NCBI GenBank assembly: GCA_963755125.1
Contig: CAVWIP010000001.1
Coordinates: 256,001-320,000, forward strand
DNA length: 64,000 nucleotides
Source: an uncultured delta proteobacterium
GTDB lineage: Bacteria > Myxococcota_A > Polyangia > Fen-1088
Direction: 5' to 3'
Shown: one piece after another, positions 52,052 through 61,600 of the stretch
Position numbering within the stretch: position 1 is the first letter of the stretch
How the letters are laid out: each line of letters begins with the position of its first letter
Notes under the pieces: model-generated
Databases searched by the model: none
The model's input: only the letters and a program-made list of their open reading frames with translations
Told to the model about the DNA's origin: nothing
Program-made: the position numbers and the translations under genes

Positions 52052-53197
52052 TTAGCGCGTTTCCCCCGCCGGGGACAGGGTTTTGCTCGCAGCGGAACGG
52101 GGCGCTGGGAAGGGCAGCCCGGCAAGGCCGGAGCCGTAGCGGGCATCAAGGAAGAAACCCTTGCTTTTCCCCGCCGAGATGCGGATGCGGGGCAGGCCCT
52201 GCGCATCGCGTTCATCCTGTGCGGCGAAGCCGCAGGCTGCGTCCGTCACCACGCGGCTGGTTGGCCCCACGCCCGCGGCAGTCAACACCACCCGGTGCGT
52301 TTCGGCTGAAAAGCGCCCACGAAATGCGCCGGCCGGCTCAAGTGCCTGGCCGTTAAAGTGGAACTTGTCCATCTCCCCGTCCGGCCTGGCCACTTCCAGT
52401 CCTGCGGCACCATTTTCCGAGAACCACAGGGCCAGCTGCCGAACATCGCCGGGCAACTCGACGCCCGGTCCCAGGGTCATGCTGGGAACATCGAGTTGCC
52501 GCACGCCAAGACCGCGCAAGAGGTCCGGCTGACCTTGCGCCCGCACCAGCCGGCCCGCGCGTACGAACACGATCCGGTGGCCGTCCGGTGACTGCACGAA
52601 GGCAAGCACGCGCCCGTCCTCGGCGGTGACGGGAAGATACCGTCCCGAACGCGGCAGCCAAGCGTAGATTTCCTGGTTCATCCCCAGCACCAGGACACCC
52701 CGCCCTTCCAGCTTGACCGGGGGCTGCGTGCGCGCCACGAAGAACAGGCCCCCTTGCGCAGCCTTGCCCCACTCCGTCGACGCCTCGGCCAAGGCGGCCT
52801 TCAGTCTGGCCAGCCACTCGGGTCGAATCTGCAGCGCCCCGAGATCAGCCGCTTCCATCACCTCGCGCGCCCCGGGAACGTAGGCATGGCGGATCAGCGC
52901 CACCGCCTGCTCGGTCGCCTCGGCGAAGCGATCTTCGCGTGCGTGGGCACAAGCCAGGTTGAGCCAAGGAGCGACGAAGTCAGGGTCCACTCTCCTGGCC
53001 AACTCGTACTTGGCACGGGCCTCGGCGAAACGTCCCTCGCGGTAGAGGACCTTGCCCTCGCGGTTGAGATCCATGGCCTGCTGGGGCGGCAGATGCACGA
53101 CCTGGGCCTTCCCGGGGCCGTTCGCGTCCGGCGCGGACGCTGGACAGGCCGCTAGCAGCAAACTGGTAACGGCCAGCCCGATCACGGATCGACCCAC
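52052..53197 (-). CDS. TPR-containing lipoprotein
   Basis: Lipobox LAAC and TPR-like LNREGKVLYREGRFAEA…WLNLACA. Confidence 0.75.
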   Translation of the reverse strand: MGRSVIGLAVTSLLLAACPASAPDANGPGKAQVVHLPPQQAMDLNREGKVLYREGRFAEARAKYELARRVDPDFVAPWLNLACAHAREDRFAEATEQAVALIRHAYVPGAREVMEAADLGALQIRPEWLARLKAALAEASTEWGKAAQGGLFFVARTQPPVKLEGRGVLVLGMNQEIYAWLPRSGRYLPVTAEDGRVLAFVQSPDGHRIVFVRAGRLVRAQGQPDLLRGLGVRQLDVPSMTLGPGVELPGDVRQLALWFSENGAAGLEVARPDGEMDKFHFNGQALEPAGAFRGRFSAETHRVVLTAAGVGPTSRVVTDAACGFAAQDERDAQGLPRIRISAGKSKGFFLDARYGSGLAGLPFPAPRSAASKTLSPAGETR

Positions 53198-54867
53198 ACC
53201 GACCGCAGATCCAAGCGATCGCCCACGCCTGCCAATCCATGCACTCGTTTGGCGACCAGCGCAGGGACGTCGTGGCGGTAGAGAAAGATGACGGGCCGGT
53301 CACTGGCCAGCCACTCGCCGACTTGCTGCAGGACCGGCACGCGCGCCGCAGGCCCTGGCGCCAGGCGCACCTGCTCGATCAAGGACTGCAGGTGCTCTGA
53401 GCGATATCCGCTGAAGGCGAGCTGGCCCTGGCTGCCGCAGAGTAGGCGAGGATCCTCGTCGCGCCAGCCTTCCCAGGTCAGGGTCACCAGATCGAAATCG
53501 CCACGGTCAAGTCGCGACTGCAAGGTGCTGGCGTCGACCGTGATGGTGTCGAGCAGGAGGCCCGCCCGACGAAGGTCGAGAGCAAACGCGCGAACCTCGG
53601 CTGCCAGGCTGCGCGCTCCGGCGGGAAGCAGAAAGGTCAGGCGGATGGGCACACCGCCCACGTCGCGTACGCCATCTCCATCGGAGTCGCGGAACCCGGC
53701 GTCTTCCAGCAAAGCGCTGGCCTGCTTGCGATCCATAGGGTCCGGCGGAACCTCGGCAAACGTGGGTGCACCGATGGGACGTGCCAGGCCGTGGTGGATC
53801 TCCTCGGCGAAACGCGTCCGATCCCACAGCAAGCTGAGCGCCTGGCGGAAACGGGCGTCACCGAGCGGCCCCCGCCGATGGTTGGGCACGACGAACGACG
53901 TGCGATCCGGCGTCAGCCACCACAACTCGAAGGCGTCCCGCAGGGTGGCCGGTGCCACCTGCTCAGGGTAAAGCACGTCGAGCACGCGGGGCAGAATGTC
54001 GATCTCGCCGCGCCGGGTGCGGACCAGCGCCCGCGAGCCATCACCGTCGATTTCGAACACGATCTCGTCGAGGAAGGGCGGTTGCGGTCGCTCCGCGGGC
54101 CGGCTGCGCACCAGGCGAATGCGCTTGCCGTGCTCCCAGGACGAAAAACGGAATGGGCCCGTGCCCACGGGCTGGCGCCCGAGCTGGCTGGCCGCCGAAC
54201 CCACCTTGCGCAGGGATTCGGCCGGCAGGATGGGGATTTCGCACAGGGCACGCAGAACCAGATCAGACGGCCGGCGCAGGCGGAAACGCGCCCCTCGCTC
54301 GGGCAGCACGTCGACGCCCTCGACGTCTTCCAGCATGGCGTGCCACATCGCCTGGTGACTGCTCGCGCGCAAGAGCGGCTCGAAGGTGGCTTGCACGTCG
54401 AGGCCCGAAACCACGCGGTCGTCGTGCCAGCGCGCGCCGCTGCGCAACTTGACGGTGATGCGCTCGCCGTCGGGCGAGACCTCCCAGCTCTCGGCCAGCG
54501 CTGGCCGATATTGGTTCTCCCGGCACTCGATCAGCGTCTCGTATACCAGATTGGCCACCACCCTCTGAATGACCTGAATCTGGTCCTGCAGCGGGTTGAG
54601 GTGCGGCGGCTCGGCCTCCAAGTGGACATGGAGCGTTCCGCCATACGGATCTGGGCGCGAGGGTCTGGGGGCGATCGCTGGCAGCGTGATCCCGTTTGGC
54701 GGGCGAATGGGCCGATGCGAACCCGGGACACCCCCGTCACTAGGCTGCGGTTGCGCGGCTGTTGGCCGGTGCGGATTGCCGTGGTGCCGGGTGCAGGCGA
54801 CGCAAGCCAGCGCCGCCAGCAACGTCACCAGGACGGCTTTGGGGTCTTGTGGCCCGCAAATGACCAT
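53182..54867 (-). CDS. ABC transporter substrate-binding lipoprotein, family 5 (peptide/nickel type)
   Basis: VYETL, PALAESWEVSPDG, WHD, PVGTGPF and LLEDAGF.DSDGDG. Lipobox LACVAC. Confidence 0.9.
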   Translation of the reverse strand: MVICGPQDPKAVLVTLLAALACVACTRHHGNPHRPTAAQPQPSDGGVPGSHRPIRPPNGITLPAIAPRPSRPDPYGGTLHVHLEAEPPHLNPLQDQIQVIQRVVANLVYETLIECRENQYRPALAESWEVSPDGERITVKLRSGARWHDDRVVSGLDVQATFEPLLRASSHQAMWHAMLEDVEGVDVLPERGARFRLRRPSDLVLRALCEIPILPAESLRKVGSAASQLGRQPVGTGPFRFSSWEHGKRIRLVRSRPAERPQPPFLDEIVFEIDGDGSRALVRTRRGEIDILPRVLDVLYPEQVAPATLRDAFELWWLTPDRTSFVVPNHRRGPLGDARFRQALSLLWDRTRFAEEIHHGLARPIGAPTFAEVPPDPMDRKQASALLEDAGFRDSDGDGVRDVGGVPIRLTFLLPAGARSLAAEVRAFALDLRRAGLLLDTITVDASTLQSRLDRGDFDLVTLTWEGWRDEDPRLLCGSQGQLAFSGYRSEHLQSLIEQVRLAPGPAARVPVLQQVGEWLASDRPVIFLYRHDVPALVAKRVHGLAGVGDRLDLRSVWVDP

Positions 54868-54934
54868 GTTATGCAGGAACCTCACGTACCGGCCGCGTAG
54901 TCGGCGGCTATTGGCCTTCGAAGAGGGGAAACTC

Positions 54935-55696
54935 ATGCTCCGAATCTTCATGGTATCGGTTTTCACGATGGCTTCCCTGGCGTCAGTCGCGGCCCTGGCT
55001 CAGGGCCAGGCTCTCCCACCGGAGAAGGTCAACCTGCCGCCCTCGCCCAATTTCAACGTGTCGAGCGCGCCTGTCCAGTATCCGACTGGCGAGTTGTCAG
55101 TGTTTGGTCTGCGCAAGCAAAAAGACAAGTACATGGACAAGGATGTGCGGGTCAAAGCTTATCTGACCGAGATCTACGAATGCCCGGCCGAGTTGCGCAA
55201 GTGCAACGATGCGCTCTTCGAGAAACAGAAGGCGGAGAAGAAGAAGGCCATGAAGAAGGGCGGCGACGCCCTGACCGCGCCGATCGCGGTCGATCGGTCG
55301 GGTTGCCGGCCCTGCGACCAGCCGCACTTCTTCGTCGCGGATAGCCCGGGCACCAAGCGGGAGCGCGCGCTGCTGGTGGCCGACTATCCCATCAAGGACT
55401 GGGAAACCGGCGACCTCAAGCCGCTCACCGTCAAGCCGGGCGAGCAGGTCATCGTGACCGGCACTTTCGCCATCAACTCGATTACCGGATTTGCCGCCTC
55501 CAACGGGCTCATCATCCACAAGAAGCTGGAGGATCTGAAGGGCAACATGCTGGCCGAGGGCAACGCCGTCCTGCCCCCCGAGGCGCAGACCATCCAGCTC
55601 GAAGGCCAGGCACCGCAGGTGGTGGGCTGGGCCGCGCACCAGAAGGGCGACAAGCCCAAGGGCGACAAGTCGGTTCCCGGCGGAAAGAGCAAGTAG
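54935..55696 (+). CDS. Hypothetical exported protein (Cys-containing, possible OB-fold)
   Basis: GAGGGG RBS, signal peptide ending AALA-Q, strongly biased codon usage and four Cys. Confidence 0.7.
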   Translation: MLRIFMVSVFTMASLASVAALAQGQALPPEKVNLPPSPNFNVSSAPVQYPTGELSVFGLRKQKDKYMDKDVRVKAYLTEIYECPAELRKCNDALFEKQKAEKKKAMKKGGDALTAPIAVDRSGCRPCDQPHFFVADSPGTKRERALLVADYPIKDWETGDLKPLTVKPGEQVIVTGTFAINSITGFAASNGLIIHKKLEDLKGNMLAEGNAVLPPEAQTIQLEGQAPQVVGWAAHQKGDKPKGDKSVPGGKSK

Positions 55697-55702
55697 AACC
55701 TG

Positions 55703-58591
55703 TCAGTGTGTTGCTCCCCAGTTCGCGCCAGCGTGAACGTCGACCACCAGGGGGACGCGCAGGGCGTAGGCTGACTCCATCACGTCCTTGACCCAGGCAG
55801 AGAAGGCCGCCACTTCGTCGGTCTTGACCTCGAAGACCAGTTCATCGTGGACGGTGAGTAGAAGGCGTGCGTCGGGAAAGCGCAGCATCTCGCGATCGAC
55901 GCGAATCATGGCCAGCTTGAGCAGATCGGCGGCCGAGCCCTGGATGGGCGTATTGCGGGCCATGCGCTCGGCGTAGTTGCGTTCCTGGGGTCGGCTGGAC
56001 TTGATCTGTGGCAGCGAGCGCGTGCGGCCGAGCAGCGTGGATACCGCGCCCGTTCGGCGTGCCTCGACGATGACCTCGTCCATGTACTGGCGCACGCGCG
56101 CATAGCGCTGGAAGTAGCGCTCGATGTAGGAGTGGGCGTCGGCGCGCGCAATGTGCAGCGCCTGGGCCAGCCCGAAATCGGTCTGCCCGAAAACCAGACC
56201 AAAGTTGATGGCCTTGGCGATGCGGCGTTGCTCGCTGGTCACCGCATCCAGCGCCACATTGAAAACCTCGGCGGCGGTTCGGCGGTGGATGTCCTGGCCG
56301 GCGGCAAAGGCGTCGAGAAAAGCTGGATCCTGGGAGAAGTGCGCCAGCACGCGCAGCTCGATCTGTGAATAATCGGCCGATACGATCTGAAAGCCGGGAT
56401 CAGCCACGAAGGCGTTGCGGATACGGTGGCCCAGTTCGCTGCGAATGGGAATGTTCTGCAGATTGGGATCGCTGGAAGATAGGCGGCCAGTGGCTGCTAC
56501 CGCCTGGTTGAAGGTGGTGTACAGCCGACCGGTGCGCGGGTCGACCAGGGCCGGCAGGGCATCGATGTACGTGCCCTTGAGCTTGGTGAGGCCGCGGTAC
56601 TCGACCACCTTGGCCGGTATCGGGTGCAGTGTGGCCAGTTCTTCCAGCACGTCGGCGTCGGTTGACGGGCCGGTCTTGGTCTTGCGAATCACGGGCAGCC
56701 CTAGCTTGCCAAACAGGATCTCGGCCAGCTGTTTGGGCGAGCTGATGTTGAAGGGCGTGCCCACGGCTTGGTGGATCTCGTGTTCAAGGGCCTCGATAGC
56801 CTGACCAACCTCGTTGCCCAGTTGGCGGAGAAAGTCGCAGTCGACTCGGATGCCCCAGCACTCGATGCGCGCCAGCACTGGAACCAGCGGAAGTTCGACC
56901 TCACGGTATATCTTGGTCAGGCCCAGCGGTTCCATGGACTGCTCCTGCCGATGGGCCAGGACCAGCGCAGCCCAGGCTTCACTGCACAGGGGTGAGCTGG
57001 CCTCCTCGACAGAAATCTCGCCGGCTGGCCGTGCATTGCGACCGCTGCCCAGCCAGGCCGGCCGCGGGGGCACCTCCCCTGCCTCGTCCGCGGCGGCGAG
57101 ATCAGCCAAGTCATAGGGCGCGCGCCCAGCGTCCAGCAGATACGCAGCAAGCATGGCGTCTCCGGCGAGACCGCCCATGGTGACGCCGCGCACTCGCAGG
57201 AGGATGTCGAGAACCTTGGCGTCGTGCACGTATTTGCGAATCTCCGGCGACGCCAGGAGCGGGCCGAGCGTCGCGAGAACCTGTGCGGCGGGCAGCATGG
57301 CCGGAGCGCCGAGCACGCGATGGCCAACCGGCAGATAGAAGCGCTCACCGCCTGGCAAAGCAAATGCCAGTCCCACCAAAGCTGCGCGCGGGCAGGGCGT
57401 CCCCTCGGCAAGCACGGCCACGCCACAGGCTTGCGCGGCACGAAGAGCCATGGAAAGTCGATCGAGGCCGACGCGATCGACGACGATCTCCGGGGGCAGC
57501 GGGAGCGCGGTGATCTCGGGCGCAGCGGCGAAGCCGGTAGCTGGCGAGGGCGCGCGCGAAGCGCGCGGGGTGGGCAGGGTGGCGGGCTGTCCCGAAGTCC
57601 CCGCAGGGGGCGAGGGTGCGCGCGGGGTGGGCAGGGCGGCGGGCTGTCCCGAAGTCCCCACAGGGGAAACCGGCGTCCGGCGGCCGGCTCGGGTTTCAGC
57701 CCCGGATCCGGCAGCCAGCTTTGGTGCGTGCGCTGCCGCCCGTGCGCCGTCCATCTGGGCGAGCAGTTTGGTGAACTCCAAATCCGCGAATAGTTCGGCT
57801 AGACGGGCACGGTCGGGCTCGGCGCGCTGAAGATCCTGCACATCCCGTCCCAGCGTCACGTCCTCGCGCAGGCGGACCAGCCTGCGCGAAATCTCGATGG
57901 CGTCGCGGCTCGATGCGATGGCCTGACCCTTCTTACCCTTGATCTCAGTCCCATGTTTGAGCACGCCGTCGAGCGAGCCGTACTGACTGATGAGGTCAGC
58001 GGCAGTCTTGGGTCCGATGCCGGCGACGCCAGGCACGTTGTCGACGCTGTCGCCCATCAGGGCGAGCAGGTCACCGAGCCGATCGGGCGGGACACCGAAC
58101 TTCTCCTGCACCTCGGCCGGTCCCAGAAGCCTGTTTTTCATCGTGTCGAGCAGTTGGATCCGGTCGGAACAGAGCTGCATGAGATCCTTGTCCGACGAGC
58201 AGATCACGACCCGCAATCCCACCCCCACCGCCTGTCGCGCCAGGCTGGCGATTGTGTCGTCGGCTTCGACTCCTGGCTGCGACAGCACCGGCAGCCCGAA
58301 TGCCTCCACGACCTGGTGGGAAAGGTCGATCTGTGCAACCAGGTCCGGCGGCATGGGCGGACGGTTGGCCTTGTAGGCAGCGAAGATCTTGTCACGGAAG
58401 GTTGGCCCTGGCGCATCGTAGATCACGCACAGGTGGGTAGGCCGCCACTCGCGCTCGATACGCAGCAGCATCTGGCACAGACCGTACACCGCGCCGGTGG
58501 GAACGCCCCGGCTGTTGGAGAGCGGCGGCAAGGCGTGAAAGGCGCGAAACAGGTAGTTGAGCGCATCTACGATGTAGAGCGTGCCATCCAT
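55703..58591 (-). CDS. polA: DNA polymerase I
   Basis: 5'-3' exonuclease (EADD, SDKD, GDSVDNVPGV.GIGPKTA), TGRLSSSDPNLQNIP, DYSQIELR, K..NFG and VHDE. Confidence 0.98.
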   Translation of the reverse strand: MDGTLYIVDALNYLFRAFHALPPLSNSRGVPTGAVYGLCQMLLRIEREWRPTHLCVIYDAPGPTFRDKIFAAYKANRPPMPPDLVAQIDLSHQVVEAFGLPVLSQPGVEADDTIASLARQAVGVGLRVVICSSDKDLMQLCSDRIQLLDTMKNRLLGPAEVQEKFGVPPDRLGDLLALMGDSVDNVPGVAGIGPKTAADLISQYGSLDGVLKHGTEIKGKKGQAIASSRDAIEISRRLVRLREDVTLGRDVQDLQRAEPDRARLAELFADLEFTKLLAQMDGARAAAHAPKLAAGSGAETRAGRRTPVSPVGTSGQPAALPTPRAPSPPAGTSGQPATLPTPRASRAPSPATGFAAAPEITALPLPPEIVVDRVGLDRLSMALRAAQACGVAVLAEGTPCPRAALVGLAFALPGGERFYLPVGHRVLGAPAMLPAAQVLATLGPLLASPEIRKYVHDAKVLDILLRVRGVTMGGLAGDAMLAAYLLDAGRAPYDLADLAAADEAGEVPPRPAWLGSGRNARPAGEISVEEASSPLCSEAWAALVLAHRQEQSMEPLGLTKIYREVELPLVPVLARIECWGIRVDCDFLRQLGNEVGQAIEALEHEIHQAVGTPFNISSPKQLAEILFGKLGLPVIRKTKTGPSTDADVLEELATLHPIPAKVVEYRGLTKLKGTYIDALPALVDPRTGRLYTTFNQAVAATGRLSSSDPNLQNIPIRSELGHRIRNAFVADPGFQIVSADYSQIELRVLAHFSQDPAFLDAFAAGQDIHRRTAAEVFNVALDAVTSEQRRIAKAINFGLVFGQTDFGLAQALHIARADAHSYIERYFQRYARVRQYMDEVIVEARRTGAVSTLLGRTRSLPQIKSSRPQERNYAERMARNTPIQGSAADLLKLAMIRVDREMLRFPDARLLLTVHDELVFEVKTDEVAAFSAWVKDVMESAYALRVPLVVDVHAGANWGATH
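57561..57666. repeat. 57-nt tandem repeat (about 2 copies) in the PolA interdomain linker
   Basis: GCGCGCGGGGTGGGCAGGG[T/C]GGCGGGCTGTCCCGAAGTCCCC starts at 57561 and again at 57618. Encodes GTSGQPA[A/T]LPTPRA twice. Confidence 0.9.
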
Positions 58592-58668
58592 GGTGTGCAG
58601 GAAACTACCACTCGCCCGGCTGCAATTCCGCTTCACGGTTGGTTTTTCGGGTTAGTCTGAGGGGGCAC

Positions 58669-61600
58669 GTGGCGTCCCCCGTCCGACGACGAATTCTCAA
58701 GTGGAGCGGCATCGTGCTGGCCAGCCTGCTGGGCCTGGTCAGCCTGGCCGTGGCCGGTGCGGTGTTCTTTCTGCAGGGCGAGCGCATGGGCTCCTTCGTT
58801 GCCATGGTCTTGCCCGAGATGCGCGGCAAGCTGGAGTTCCGATCCATTCGCTGGCCCGCGCGCCTGCTGGTCGATGTCCTGGCCAAACGCCCTACCCCAT
58901 TTTCTGTCGATGGCGTGAAGTTCTTCGACCCCGAGGGCACGGTGGTGGTGGACGTGCCCCACCTGGACGTCAAGATCGATCTCCACCAACTCATCAACGG
59001 CGCCGGTCTCTTCATGCACGACCTGGAGGTGGGACCGAATTCGTACTGGCGCTTCGGTCGCATGAAGAAGACCAAGAAGGGCATCGGCTTTCTGGCCACT
59101 TTCGATCCCAAGCATCCCTCGCCGCCTGCACCGCCTCCGCCGCCGGGCACCAAGCCGGAAAAGGGCTTCGCAGTTCGCATCTTCAACGCCCAGCTCAACG
59201 GATTGCGGGTGGTGTTCGATTTCCCGCATGTCTGGGGTTTCGACCTGCGCGACCTGCACGCGCCCGCGTGGCTGCAGGTCGAGGACGGTTTCTGTGGCTG
59301 GGAAGCCGTGGGACTGGAGGCGCGCGGGGGCGGATACCTGACCGTGCTCGACCAAGTGCTGCCATTTGACAGTGTGAAGGTGAAGCAGGTCGCCACCTTG
59401 CGCGAGTACTCCGACGACATCTTCCTCGACCTGACCGCGGGCAAAACCGGGCGTTCAACTCTGGTCGGCAAGGGCTTCTTCAACGGCATCTATGGCGAAA
59501 ACTCCGTGTCCGCGATCCACATGCACACCGAGTTCCACGACGCCACCGATGCTTTGAACGCCGTGCTGAAGCCGATGAACATTCCCGCACTCCATGTCGG
59601 CGGCGCCGACGCACGCGTGACGGCCGACCTGATGGGGCCCTATGTGAGCATCGCCATCAACACCGACATCTCCGGCCTGGATGCCGCCTACGAGCAGTAC
59701 GCCGTGCAAAACCTCGTGCTCCGCGCGGGCATGCAGTTCGATCCCAACTCCAAAGCATCGGCGCCCAACACCAGGTTGGAAGAGCTGTCGTTCTCGTCGC
59801 CGGGCGGGGGACGGTTCTTGACCAAGGCGGAACTGATGGTCCCAAAGTTGAAGACACAGCTTCGCTTCGACCATTTCACGGTGGACAGCTATCTGCCGGC
59901 AGGGCTGCGCAAGCTAGCAGGAGGCAAACTGCACGGCCGGCTGTCAGCGACGGCGGAATTCGACGAGACCATGTCTGCGGTCAAGCGAGGAACGTTGACA
60001 AGCCTGGATCTTTCCTTCCAGCGGACGGGCGAGAAGATGTCCCTGCCTCGCTCGTTGCGCTTGAGCGGCCAGGCCACCGCTTCGCCCGCAGAGGTCAGCA
60101 CATCGGGCCTTCACATCGAGGTGCCCGGCGCCGGCATCGAGGTGAAGGGCAAGGCCGAGTTGGTCAAGCGCCTGCTGGCCCTGGGGTTGCGCGTGGGCAG
60201 CACGAACCTGCCACGCCTGCTCGCCTCGCTGGGCGTGCAGCCCTTGGCGCAGCAGGTGTCGATGGCGGTGGACCTGACCGGTACCATGGAGCAGCCGCGC
60301 GCCAGCGGCCAGATCGAGGTCAAGGGTATTGGCGGCATGGATGGCATTCCCTCGGTGCCGTCGTTCGAAACCAAATTCCATCTGCAGGACGGTGCGCTGC
60401 ACGTTGATTCTCTGGCCGCCGAGGTTGCCGGCGGCACGCTGGCCGGCAACGGAACTCTCAAGCTGTTCGAGCGGACCGTACACCACATGCTGCGGTCGCC
60501 GAGCCTGGAATTCCGCCTGGAAGGCAAACAGATTGCTCTCGAGTCGCTTATCACGGGCGGTCTGGTGACCGGCAAGATGGCCTTCGAGGTCACGGCCAGC
60601 GGCCCGCTCCGCCGGCCGAAGATTCGTTTCAAGATGCCGGCCGGGGTGACCGCGCATGTGCTGGGACAGAGCTGGCAGATTGGTGGCATCGATCTCGAGG
60701 TTGACCAGGAGGGCATGGCGCTGCGTCTGCTGCAGGCGAGCAACAAGACGGGCGGCGAGATCCAGATCGAGGGCCACATGCGCTTCGTCCCCAAGGCCAT
60801 GCCCATCGAGTGGCACCTCAAGATCGCGGACCTGCCGGTCGCCGCGGTGCTGGCGGCGGCACAGGTTGACGTGCCGGCAGCCGGACGCCTGTCCGTCGAT
60901 CTGCGTTTGTCAGGCAGCACCAAGATCCCGCTTGTCGAGGGCACCATCGCGCTAGACGGAGTGACGGTCATGGGTGTGGCATTGGGCGATGCGACCCTGA
61001 CCCTGAGTGCGGTGGACTCCGGCGTTGCGGTCAACGGCACGCTCTTCAATCGTTTCACCGTCGACGCCACCGCCCAGTTTGGTCCCGCCGGCCTGCGCGC
61101 CAAGGGAAGCCTGGCCTTCACCCATCTGGTTCTGGAGGATTTAGCCCGGCAGCTCAGGGGCAACCGAGAAATCGAGGAACTGGTCGAGCAACTGAAGGCT
61201 CTCGATGCCCGCGCTGTCCTATCGGGACATGTCGGGGTCGAGCTGGATCCGGGAAAACCATTGGCCGTCGAGGCCGTGCTGACCGAACTGGCGGCATCCA
61301 TCAGACAGGAAATCAGCGAGGCCGGCGGTCAGGTCTCGACCCATCGGATGGGTTTTCACAACGACGGCGATCTGCGGGTGCTGCTGGCGGGCGACCACAT
61401 CGTCCTTCGCCAGGCGCGCTTCCTGACTGACGCCGGGCGCTTCAACGTAGAGGGCGAGATGGACGGCGACTCTCTGCGCGCGGCGTTCCTGGGCCGGCTA
61501 GAATTGGAATTTCTGCAGCCACTCTTGCGCAAGAGAATCGAGAAGCTTGCAGGCGCTGTCAGTCTGGAGGTGAAGGTGTCCGGGACCATGAAGGAGCCCC

